DNA of 64,000 nucleotides from Cycas panzhihuaensis (Eukaryota; Plantae; Cycadophyta). Location of the stretch: the NCBI GenBank assembly GCA_023213395.1, contig CM041465.1, forward strand, positions 100,509,741 to 100,573,740, written 5' to 3'. Below are positions 1-10,856 of this stretch, piece by piece. The stretch's first letter is position 1; the number at the start of each line of letters is the position of its first letter. The position numbers were made by a program, and so were the translations under genes. The notes below the pieces were generated by a model. It saw nothing but the letters and a program-made list of their open reading frames with translations, made no database searches and had not been told where the DNA came from.

Positions 1-2166
1 CCTGCAAACCCCATAGGGTTGGCCTTTTTCTCTCATTCCTTAGGTAGATCTACCCCTGATCTTCCCCCAGAAGGTACTTCTAAGCTTTTATTTAGCTCTT
101 TCTTTCTTTAAAACATTAAAAAAGTTATTTGTCATGCCTATATAATACTTTTCTCTCTGATTTTCTTGCTGTAAATGGGAGGTAAACCCTTCTTTCCTCG
201 CTTGCTTCCTATTTCCTTCCATCTCTTCCCTGGTTTCTCTAAGGAGGCAGTAAGGAAGAGGATTTCACAGAGAGTGAAAGGAGTAAAGGTAGGGCTTTGT
301 ACCCAACAAGCCTCCTCCTTAAGGGTAGCCCCCTTCTCTCCCTACCTCTTCCTTCTTCATGCTTCCCTTAGATTTCTAAAGAGCTATTAGAAAGGAGGTT
401 GCCGCTAGTAGTAGTGTACGTAGCCCATTACTGCACTTTCTCTTAGCCTTGCAAACCCTACACAAGTAGGATTTCAACCCCATACTACACCCAACTTGTT
501 TCTTAGTGTTAGGCTTAGTTGAGATTATAGAAGTTGTACTTTATGACTTTTACAACATTAATGACAAACATAACTTTATCCACAACTTGTTGCTTGCATT
601 CTAAGAGCTTCATCGCAACCATCTCTCTTCATCACCTTGGTACTTGGACAACGTAAAGTACTATAGATCTGGGGGGTTAGCCATTCTAAGGCTAGCCATC
701 CTCTTTCTCCTCTTAACCCCCCTTTTTTCCATATTATTTACAAGTTAGCATAAAAAAGAACTAAGAGTGATCATGTGTTAGAAATATTTCTTTTGGTTAA
801 GAAAAAATTGCATCATATTACTCCACATATTGTACGTATATCCCATGTGTACTTTTTGCCCCTTTGGAAAGGGAAAGCATTACTTAGATGTAGGTTTCTT
901 TCTTGTTGCACGTGGAGAGGAAGGGGCGAATTCTGACCCAGGTACGTTTCTACCTTTCCAATCATTATTTCTTTTGAGTCTTAAAGAGTGTAAGATAAAA
1001 ATGGTAATTACTTTCGCCTTGCAATACTTTCTTTCTCTTTCTATTTCCTTTTGACTTGGGGGAAGGTAAGGAAGTCCCCACCCGTCTTTGCTGGCACCGT
1101 CTCATCACAGCATCCATGGTTAGGGGTAGCATGAGGAAAGCAAGCACAACAAGGACAACACTCCTTTCGGTGCCTAGTTTTGGGTACGCCTCTCGCTTCC
1201 CTTAATCCTCTTTCCCTCACTTTATTTCTTACGTCTATATGTCCCTTAAAGGAAAGCAAAAGGAAAGGAATTAGTATATGTCATTTGTTCTTAGCTAGCC
1301 TACCTACCTGTTTGATAAAGTGCATGTGACAAGGATTGCACTCTTTCATACGTCTGCTTGTTGCATTGCTTGTTGGACTTTCATCCCTTGCCTATGTCTC
1401 ACATTATATAGTTATTTTGTTATCTCTCTTCCTTTCATGTTTAAAAGATAATGAGAGAGAGGATATGTATATGTGAGTAAATGAGTGGAGACTTCATGTT
1501 ATTTTTCTTCTCTTATTTAGAAAGAACTCTCTTGCACACAAAGGCACATTATCGCATACACACCATCTCCATTGCATCCCTTTGTACAACAACCCACTCA
1601 TAAACTATTAAAACATTTCTGTTATCAACTCATACCCCTAAGACTCTCTTAAGTATAGCACCTTAAGGGCATCCCCCTTTTAAGGCTCCCCTTTTTCTTT
1701 GATCTTTCTTTCACTCATTTTTATTTAGACTACCTTAGCATGGTCTTTAGGTTGATACCTAATCTGTGAGCCTAGTCACCACACTAATTCCTTATATATG
1801 TGTGTTATCATTTTCTCCTTCTTTTATTGAAACACTTCCTTCATATCACCTTTCTTGTGTAAGAAGCCATCCTCACACTCATCTTTTCCTCCCTCCTTTG
1901 GCCACCTAAGGATGGGAGGGCCCTTCTCTTTGAGGTTACTCAAGAAACTGATAATATCCCTCACAAACTTATCACTCCTAATCGAGGTAGAGTTACCTGA
2001 AAGGAAGTTCATACGTTATTTCCAGGTCCCAAACCTATGTTCTAACACACGAACACCCTTTGTAGGTGATTCTTTTACTTACCCCATAAGATCGTTAGCC
2101 TTGGAACCTTTTATTATTTGGTTTGATCTTATCCAAGTGTAATTACCCCCCCAGAGGTTTGATTCA
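1..2166 (+). repeat. 5' LTR of element A (starts before the window)
   Basis: Ends ...GATTCA just before the PBS; shares blocks (GTAGATCTACC, AGGGTAGCCCCCT, GCACCTTA.GGGCA) with the LTR at 43268-46502. Confidence 0.75.
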
Positions 2167-2168
2167 AT

Positions 2169-2186
2169 TGACGACCATACTGGGGA
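2169..2186 (+). promoter_or_regulatory. Primer-binding site, degenerate tRNA-Arg type
   Basis: TGACGACCATACTGGGGA resembles the Ogre/Tat PBS TGGCGACTCCACTGGGGA. Confidence 0.7.
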
Positions 2187-2333
2187 GCTGCTAGTAAGGC
2201 ATTGATCCTCTCTCCCATTTCTTATTAGTGCTACCTCCTTTCCTAGTAGCTCCCCTCAATTAGTTGGGTAGTCCCTAATGCTTAGGTCTTACTATCCTTT
2301 CTATCTTCCTTCTAAGCTCCAGGTGAAACTTGT

Positions 2334-5300
2334 ATGCAATGGTTCTCATGTTGCTTACGAGGCCTTCCCCCTTTGTTGAAAGATCGCTCTTATCATCCCC
2401 TTCCTTTGTCAGATTCTGATTTGACCATGGAAGGCTTCCCTTTAGATTGGGCATATTATGCTTATGTATCTGAATCCCATGAGCCATCTACCTTCTTCCA
2501 AGGGCCCACCCAAGAGGGTGAAGACCCTATCACTTATCTAGGTGACCAGGAGCACCTACAAGTCCACCACCTCTCCACTCATGAGGCGGAGGCATCCTCT
2601 CCCCTAGGCTACCATCACTTTGGTGGCGATCCTCATGAGGACCACCTCATAGGGTCTACCTCATATAAGGACCCCACTAGTTCTTATGATCAGGTAAACA
2701 CCCCTCTTGCGGATGTCATGGAGGCCCTAAACTAATGCTTCTAGGCTACCCATCTCCAATCACATCATAAGTGGTTTGAGAACATCCTATATATCATTGT
2801 GCTTCCTTATTCTACATCCACACCTCCTCATCCATCCCGTTCGACTCCCTTTTCCTACAACAAGGGCACCCCTTACTTCATCTTCCTCTTCCTATAGTCC
2901 ATGCTCCTTAGGGACCACCTAAGGTGTATCCTTTTCCCAACTTAGTATGAATATGCCTCTTTCCAGTCAAACGACTTTACCCCAATTTTGTTAGGCCTAG
3001 GGGGCCTACGGGCACCCCTACTTCTATTTATGTGGGGCCCACCCCCACACATTCCTAGCCTCAACCTAGGGATCCTTCCCTCTACGTGACTCCAGGTTAT
3101 ACTTCTTAACTGCGGGGGCATGGTAAGGGAAATCCCCTTCCAGTTTATGGGGTGGACCCTTTGCATCATTGTGGTGTCGCTCCACCTACGGGTGGACCAT
3201 ATGGGCAAAACCCGGTTCCGCACCCCTTCATTCCATCCTCTTATACTTTTTCACATGTTGCGCCTTCTCAAGGAGGTCAGGCCCCTCCCTAAGGTACTAT
3301 CTCCCAAGCTCCTTTCTAACAAGGGGCATTTTCCTAAGGAGGGATGTGTCCTTCGTACCCACCCACTCCTATGCAAATTCCCTCAAATGCGGGATTAGCT
3401 CCTTCTCATCAAATGGGAGGAAGTTAATATCCCCTTTTGAGCCAAGCCTCTCAAGGCAGGTTTAGGAAACCTTGTTGACCTCCTCCCTCATCTTTTGTCG
3501 ATCCTATGGTCTAATCAAGGGCACGCCCCTTTATGGACTATAGATCAACACCTTTATCTATTGAGGCACTAAGAACCAACTCACCACCTCACCCTCCAGA
3601 GGTTCCCAAGTTCAATGGGACCTCATCGCAAGACCCAATGGATCATGTCAGGAGTTTTTCTATGTCATGCATCGATTATTGGGTGTATGACTATATCCTC
3701 ATGAAACTCTTCCCACATTCTCTCCAAGGCAATGCCCTTAAGTGGTGCTATCACCTGCGAACACATTATATCTTTTCATTCCAACAACTTGTGGATGAAT
3801 TCATCAATAATTTTGATATATCTCATCCTTTCAAGAGAGGAATTAAAGCCCTCTTGTCTCTTAAACAAGGTCACAATGAGATGAATCATGACTTTGTGAG
3901 ATGCTTCCATGTCCTGCTTCACTCCACCAAGGCAACCCTACCTGAGGAGTTGAAGAGAGACCTCTTTGTTAATACCCTTTGCCCAGAAGTCCACGTTGAA
4001 ATCCTTAAAATAGGGGCAATGACGTGTGACTCCACCATAACCAAGTGCTTGGTGCTTAAGGCCATTGAGATCTAAGCAGGTCTCAAGAAGCCTCTCAAGC
4101 CCTCACAGTGACATGAGGCACCTCCACCACCCCGTGAAATTAAAGTCCAATAGCCTCCCAGATCTTCTTCCCATCCGATGGAGAAGACCTTAGATCCCCT
4201 TACTTCCACTATACATTCTTTTGAACGTACCATGAAGGAGCTTAAACTTCAAGCTCCTTCATCCCCCATCTCACACAAACCAATCCACCAAGCCTCTCAA
4301 GCTACTCCCTCAAAGGGTGGTAATGCCCAATCTTCTTAAATTAGAAAGCTAGATTCCTCCCTAGAGAAGAAGTGGTATTCCATCCACTAGGATTATTTTC
4401 ATGAAGATTCACAATGCCAGGCCCAGCACCCTAGAGCTGCCTTGCAATATGATTCTTCTCCCAAATGACCATCTAGGCCAAACCTAGACCAACTCATCCA
4501 TAAGGATCCCTTTCCTAAACACGGGGAACGTGATCACACTAACCAACAAAAGGCGAACTGAAATAGAGGGAGGTCCTCAAACCCTCACCCTTCGCAAGAC
4601 AAAGGGAAGGGTGAAAGGAACTTGTCCTCTTCTTCTGATTCTCCTGACCATCACACTCCTCTACCCTCTCAATCCCAAAACAATGGAACGAGAGTCATTT
4701 TGATACTTAAGACCATGCTATTATATGCTTTAACTTGGTCCCAAGTAGCCAACAAGGTAAATGGTACCTCTTCTTCCATGCCTTACTTTGATCCTCTTCT
4801 AGAAGTCCCTCCTCTAGAAATCCTTGTTCTTCCCAAGACCATTCTCGTGTGCCCTAGTCATTACGATTTTCGAAGGGTGCTTCCCCAACCTACCATGAAG
4901 GCGAAGCCCTTCTCTATCATTGAAGAGCTTCATACCATCATCGCAGGGATGTCTATGATGGACATCTTAAGAAGCTTCCCTGAATAATACACCCTTCTTT
5001 TGGAAGCTTTGGGGTTGGTTGACACGTTCGTTCATGCCTTAGGTGTCACTCTAAGTCGTGGACCCATCATCTCCTTCGATCCCAAAGATCTTCCCTCATT
5101 CGGTGAAAGGGTATGCCAATGGAAGTATCCTTTCACCATAACCATTGACACACTCGACTACACTCTATGAAGAACCATTATAAATAATGGTTCTTCTGTC
5201 AATGCCATGTTATTGCACGTCATGCAAGAGCTTGGCATTTCATCCCTCGAGCTAGTTCCATGGTAGTGTCAAGGCTATGATGGTAGCAAAAAGACACCCT

Positions 5301-5521
5301 TGGGATCGGTGTCCATTCCACTTACTCTCAAGGATAAAATTGTCCCCATCGAAATTGTAGTCCTTGACGTAGATGTCGACTACAACCTCTTATTTGGATG
5401 CCCATGGCTCGACCAAATGGAGGCCATGTGTTCATCTCGATGGGGACAACTTAAATTCATAGATGAAAGGCGAATGAGAGTTGTTTCCTGGGAGCCTCCT
5501 CCTATTAAACAACCCCATTAA
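2334..5521 (+). pseudogene. Decayed gag (long Pro/Ser-rich N-terminus plus retrotransposon gag core) and aspartic protease
   Basis: VPKFNG..DP.DHV..F, LMKLFPHSLQG.ALKW in 3533-4075; protease-like I.NGSSVN and DYNLLFG.PWL; many stops. Confidence 0.85.
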
Positions 5522-6921
5522 GTGGTTCATGATCAGGTAAAGGGCAGCAAAGGCTCTTCTGCCCATGCCTTTACTTGCTCCATCAACAATCCTAGTTCAT
5601 CCCATATGGAAGAAGACCCTTCCTCTTCTTCCTCCAACCTTACCTGCTTCGCCCCAATTAGTGTAGAGAGCTATGGATATCTCGCTATGCTTAGCGATGA
5701 TGAGTTTGATAGCGAGGATGAGGACTTTCATCATTCTATATCCCTCCTAGGAACGAGTAGGGGCCACTCTCTTCATTTTAAGTCCTGAATTGAAATCTCT
5801 TCCATTGAGGAAACTAATGCTCCTCTTGGGTCGCATGTCATTGCTCCGGTTGCTCATGCGATTTTCCATATCGCTTCATTTCCCTCTATCGGTGATGAGG
5901 TGAGAGAGCCTCTTATCACTTCTCATAAGAGGACTCCCTCAGACTCTTCTGAAGAGTCCCTTAGGTACATCGAGTGGTGGGTCGATCGCTACAGTCCTTC
6001 TACTCCTTCTACACCTCGCTCCTCATCTTCTCGAAGCGTGGTCATCCATGGGGTGGACTATTTCAAGGATGACGAGGCCTTGCTTAAGCATCTAGTGGGA
6101 TCCACACCTAATCTCTCTCCTAGTCACCATAGGCTTGGTCACCATAAGATCTTAGCTATCGAGTCACCCCTAACTGACCCAAACCTATCTTTCTCGCTCT
6201 GAAATGAGCCTAAACTACCACCCTAAGTACATCTTCATTCCCCCCAACTATAGGTGGAGTGATAGTTTAGGGTGGCTTTCCTAGCTTTCCTTATTAGATG
6301 TGTCAGTTCCCATAACTTCCAAGTTTGAAAACACACTCCAACTTGGGCTTCATGATTGAGTACCTGTGCTCTCTCTCTCTCCCACTGATGCTTCCTTGGA
6401 ACTCCCCCTACAAAGAGAGGGTTCAGGGGTTATATCCCCCGACCCAAAAAGCTATCATTGAAAAGCATACTAATTGTAAAGAGAATCAGGATTGTTTGTT
6501 AAAAATACCCTAGATTCTATGGTCAAGATTTATGTCTTGTATGACTCTCTCATATAGCCTGATTTAGGGTGTTTTTTCATTATGTTGATGGTGTTCAATG
6601 TATTGGATGTACTGTGAGAAGTTGGGTAGTTGGTTGTTGTTGTTGTCAGTATTCTTCTACAGATTATGTATATTTCTCTATTCTTTGATAATAAAGATTG
6701 ATACCTTTCTTATGTGGATGTTTCCCTAGCATATTGCTAGGGTTTTACCATATTATATTCAGTGTATATGTGATGCTTGGATTTCTTATTCATTTTATTG
6801 TATTATCTTTAGTTTAAGAACTTGCATGTTAAATTTCAGTTTCAATTCTTGTAACTAGTTGAAAAATATTTTATATCTTGGTAGCAGTTTTAGGTTATTG
6901 GGACTTTGTCTTCTTAACAAG

Positions 6922-6934
6922 TGGTATCAGAGCC
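6922..6934 (+). promoter_or_regulatory. PBS (tRNA-iMet) of element B
   Basis: TGGTATCAGAGCC 2 nt after LTR end ...TTAACA (6919). Confidence 0.9.
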
Positions 6935-6991
6935 ACTTTTAGTTTTACAACAAGTTTGTGAAGGTTTTGGTATTAGTTTCTTCTACACTAA

Positions 6992-7041
6992 ATGGTGAAA
7001 CTAGTGAATGCAAAGTTTGAGGTAGAGAAATTCAATAGCAA
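6992..7041 (+). pseudogene. 5' end of element B gag
   Basis: ATG GTG AAA CTA GTG AAT GCA AAG TTT GAG GTA GAG AAA TTC AAT; frame resumes after 12455. Confidence 0.85.
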
Positions 7042-7518
7042 TGTAGGAAATAATAATAGCAAGACTATGCTCTGATACCAAATGTAGGAAAAAATATGAA
7101 GCCAAAGTGCTCTGATACCATGTTAGAAATAATATTTGCGAGAAACAATAATAGCAAAACTATGCTCTATACCAGTATTGCATCAATACATCAGTGTATC
7201 ACCATTACAATAGCATAAAACATGAAAGCCCTGTTGTTTAAACCATTGTAGTAGAATGAGCATTACAAATCTCCTCAAAAGTAGGTGGTGTCTAAAGACA
7301 CCAGGGTTGTACACCCCTTAACATTTATAGTTTAGGGGAGGAGAGAAACTCCTCAACCCCTGAATTCAAATTAATAATAAAATAATGCAACTTAACTCAA
7401 ATGAAATTAACTCAACTTACCTTAACTTACCTTGACATGTTGAGCATCACATGTCTAAATTGAGGTGCACAATCCTGGTAGGTAAGAGGGAGTTGAGTGA
7501 TGACATTACACTCCAACA
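7042..7518 (-). repeat. 3' LTR of element C (477 bp)
   Basis: Direct repeat of 11984-12450, about 10 substitutions plus a 10-bp duplication (AACTTACCTT). Confidence 0.95.
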
Positions 7519-8305
7519 TTCTCCCCCTTAATGTCAGCACGAACACTTGTATCTTTTCCTTAAACTTGTGGAATTGGTACTTGAAGAAAACTTTGAAATT
7601 CTGATCTTGATCTTTATCAACTCTTCTCATCTTTATAGTCACATATATCTCTTTATCATAGAATGATGTAGGAAGACTATAGGTAGATGAAACTTGATGC
7701 ATATGTAGATGAATAACTATAATTTGGGCTTTGTCAACTGGAACATTAGGAAGGCTTTGAACTTGAACTTTTGTAATCTTTCTGCTTTGAATAACTGTCA
7801 TATCATCACATTCATTCTTCGTTATGTCATAAGATTCATCTTCATGAGTTATCATATCATCAGGTTCATTCTTCGTTATGTCATAAGATTCGTCTTCATG
7901 CTCCCCCTCAAATGGAGGATCAAATCCTTGTGCAACAAAGTGGTCCTGCATTTGATTTGAATCCTTATGGTTGTTGTCATCATGATCTATCTGTTCTGTT
8001 ACCTGTGTCACATGCTCATCAAACGTTTCATCAAATACAGTGGGGATATCTCCCCCATAAATGGCAATCAATAAGTCCCAAACCGACTTAGATGTTGTTA
8101 ATTCAGAAACGAGTGGAAAAACATCATCAGTCATAGTGTAAAATAATAAAGCTAAAACTTCATTATCTTTTCTAAAATTTTCTTTAATGCTAAGGTCACA
8201 TTCATATTGTAAATACTTTAAAAGATCATGTTCAATAAAGTAAGTTTGCATGGTGTCATACCATAGTGAAAAGTTATGGCCATAAAAAATGGGGAATTGT
8301 GCCAT
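7427..8305 (-). CDS. 292-aa truncated copia gag fused to pol remnants
   Basis: PIFYGHNFSLW...M...DL and VFPLVSELTTSKSVWDLL resemble the copia gag N-terminus (UBN2-like); C-terminal F.KF.E.I.V..LRG resembles the RNase H end and PPT; the frame is open. Confidence 0.75.
   Translation of the reverse strand: MAQFPIFYGHNFSLWYDTMQTYFIEHDLLKYLQYECDLSIKENFRKDNEVLALLFYTMTDDVFPLVSELTTSKSVWDLLIAIYGGDIPTVFDETFDEHVTQVTEQIDHDDNNHKDSNQMQDHFVAQGFDPPFEGEHEDESYDITKNEPDDMITHEDESYDITKNECDDMTVIQSRKITKVQVQSLPNVPVDKAQIIVIHLHMHQVSSTYSLPTSFYDKEIYVTIKMRRVDKDQDQNFKVFFKYQFHKFKEKIQVFVLTLRGRMLECNVITQLPLTYQDCAPQFRHVMLNMSR
7519..7530 (-). promoter_or_regulatory. Polypurine tract of element C
   Basis: Minus strand TAAGGGGGAGAA abutting LTR start TGTTGGAG. 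Confidence 0.9.
7797..7901. repeat. 54-bp tandem duplication inside the element C ORF
   Basis: HEDESYDITKNEPDDMIT / HEDESYDITKNECDDMTV. Confidence 0.9.
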
Positions 8306-9837
8306 TTTGAAAGCAATGTAATCAATAGAAAAATACTGATGTGTTTGAAAGTAAACTTAAATACACTTTTGAGAATGAAAGATAAAGAGTTTTCAAAAAA
8401 TGCCAATTTCTCAAATGAGTAATGTAAATCTCCAATATAAAAAAATTCCCTTTTTGTATAAAAAATAACTTTTCTTTGAGAAAAATATATATTACCTTAT
8501 GAATAATTTCTGGTTCAAAATAACTTAAAATGCTTGTAGAAAGATCAAGCAGAAACCTTGAGTAGACAATGAGATATGAACTAGAAGTTTCTTTAAAAAT
8601 TTTGAAAAAGGACAAGCTTATTAGGATGTATGTATATGCTCAACTTTAACAACTTGAAAACTATATTGAATAATGTCAGAATAGCTTAAAATTTTACTAA
8701 TATGTAGATTGATGAGGTGTGAATCCAATGAAATAAACGGTTCTAAAAATGGATACCAATAAATCACGTTTTGAATGAGGCAAAGGAATGGACCTCCTTA
8801 TGGAGCCTAACAGGAGCAGGGTAGGCAAAAATTGCATAAAATGACTAATTAACCTTTAGAAAAGGTTGAACAAAGAATCAAATATTATTTATGAAGTAAT
8901 CAATGTTCTTCGAATTGAAAATTTTTGAAAAATATATTAAAAATGTGTAAAAAATAGTAGATTTAGAGCAATAAGGTACCTCAACTTTGACTGATTTGAA
9001 AGATAAGAAAAATGTGTCGAAATATATAGAAAAATATGTCTAAATGAAGAGAAATGAGTCATCTTCCCAACGAAGCTGACGGAATTGAAATCTGATAAAA
9101 AGTGCAAAAGTTATAGTGAAAAATGTAACAAGTGTCTTTATGGAGAAGGTTAAAAAATAAGCAAAAACAACTAAATTCCTTCTTTCAGCAATTAAAATAT
9201 TAGTGAAGATGAACTCAAAAAATTGAAGTAAAAAGTGGGTATTAAAGTCTATACAACGTAGATCACTATAGAGAAAATTTAGGCATAAAACAGTTTACCA
9301 GAAATAAATGACAGCCAGTTCTAAAAATAATTTTGTTAAAAATACGAAAATTGTTGAAATTTTGAAAGTCCAATGTTAAAATGGTCGAAACAGGGTCAAA
9401 TTGGCACCAAATTGGTCATATGACCAGTCGAAATAGGTGTATAGAAAATTTCTGATCTATTGGGATAGGTTTTGTCTGAAACCGATAATCCAGTAGGAAG
9501 TTATGGCCACAAAAGCGCCAATAACTCTATGTAAAATAAAAATTTGAAAAAAATAAAAGGAGAAAATGATATAAAAATTTATTAAACCCCTTTAAGATAG
9601 CAAATGAACACGAATTTTTAGCAAATGAACACGTGATGACTACGGCGAAGTGAGAGGATTAAAAGTTTAAAAAATGTAGAATTAAAAACTATTAAATATA
9701 ATATAATAGAAATTTATTTTTCATAAAAAACGAAACGTTAACACTATAAAATCGAGTTCTATAGCATATAAAACAGACTTAAAACCAGACACCGATGAAA
9801 CAATGACGGGTCACGTAGATCTAGGAAACGGAACAGT

Positions 9838-9998
9838 GTCCAACAAGATGCCAACGGAAGGGCCTTAGCAGCGCGCTGCACTGCACGCAGATTGAGGACG
9901 GAATAGCGTCCAACAAGACGCCAACGGAAGGGCCTTAGCAGCGCGCTGCACTGCACGCAGATCGAGGACAGAATAGCGTCCAACAAGACGCCAACGGA
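9838..9998. repeat. 70-bp GC/CpG-rich tandem repeat, ~2.3 copies
   Basis: GTCCAACAAGAYGCCAACGGA starts at 9838, 9908 and 9978. Confidence 0.9.
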
Positions 9999-10751
9999 CG
10001 GAGAAGGGACGCACCCGAGGAGAATAGCGTCTCAGCTGCACAGCACGCAGATCTAGGAGACGAAACAGGAGCGCCAAAGGACGGCTATCCGAGGACGCGA
10101 TAGCTGCACGTAGACAGAGGACGGCCCAAAGGCCCAATACGAGATCAGGAGCACCAAAGGACGGAACGCCTACGGCTGAACAGAGAGAGAGAGAGAGTGT
10201 TGAGCCGAAAGTGTGAACGCCCAGCATTTTAACGCCTTAGCAGCGCGTGTTGGGGGAGAGCAATAAGCTGCTCCAACAGCGGGTATTGAATGTATACAAG
10301 CTGTCCAACGCTAACGCGAGGCAATCAATACAAGTTGTTAGCTGTGTTGCGCGTCGTAAAACGGCACCCAAACGGGAGAATGGTAATCAATGTGAGAATG
10401 GTGAGCCAGCTTTGTAAGCGTAGAATAAAGATGTCTAAAGCAATAACAACTCAGACACCAAGCCAATTCAACTAACAGGCTCGCATAGAGGGCAAAAACC
10501 GCTTTATAGAATCATTGAGGTGCCAAAAAATTTCAAGTCTACAAAAATGAAGAAAGATAACCTCACAAAATACTGCTGAAAAGAGGATGATGGTGAAAGT
10601 ATTTGCAAGATGAGGCAGAGATGGTAGAGGACGTGGTTCGATTGCTTGAACTGTAAGGATCGAACGCATACGAGAGGTGTCTCTTAGCAGTAAAGTTTGT
10701 CAAACCATTCTTAGAGCTATTTTACAAACATTAGTCCAAGAGTGCTATAAA

Positions 10752-10856
10752 AAGCAGATTTTTGGTATGGCTGAGCAAGAAATGGAGTATAGGTTTGATC
10801 TTTTCAACAAGCTCACTCAAACCTACTTTGAGAAAGGGTATAAAGAATCTAAGCTA
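10752..10856 (+). pseudogene. TIM10: Captured fragment of mitochondrial intermembrane-space chaperone TIM10
   Basis: KQIFGMAEQEMEYRFDLFNKLTQTYFEKGYKESKL matches the recalled plant Tim10 motif EQ.F.MA..EMEYRV.LFN.L.QTCF.KC..KRYKE.EL. Confidence 0.85.

Larger units (their letters stand above)
1..6300 (+). mobile_element. Tat/Ogre-like Ty3/gypsy LTR retrotransposon (element A), internally deleted, 3' end missing
   Basis: LTR end and PBS at ~2166-2186, gag and protease remnants; collinear with the full-length element at 43268-59387. Confidence 0.85.

Noticed and set aside
9759-10227. Minus-strand ORFs of 75 and 120 aa
   Set aside because: Explained by the GC-rich tandem repeat; no recognisable domain
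10575-10751. Possible Tim8/Tim9/Tim13-like pieces (AEKRMMVK, LQTLVQECYKK)
   Set aside because: Too short and weak to distinguish from chance
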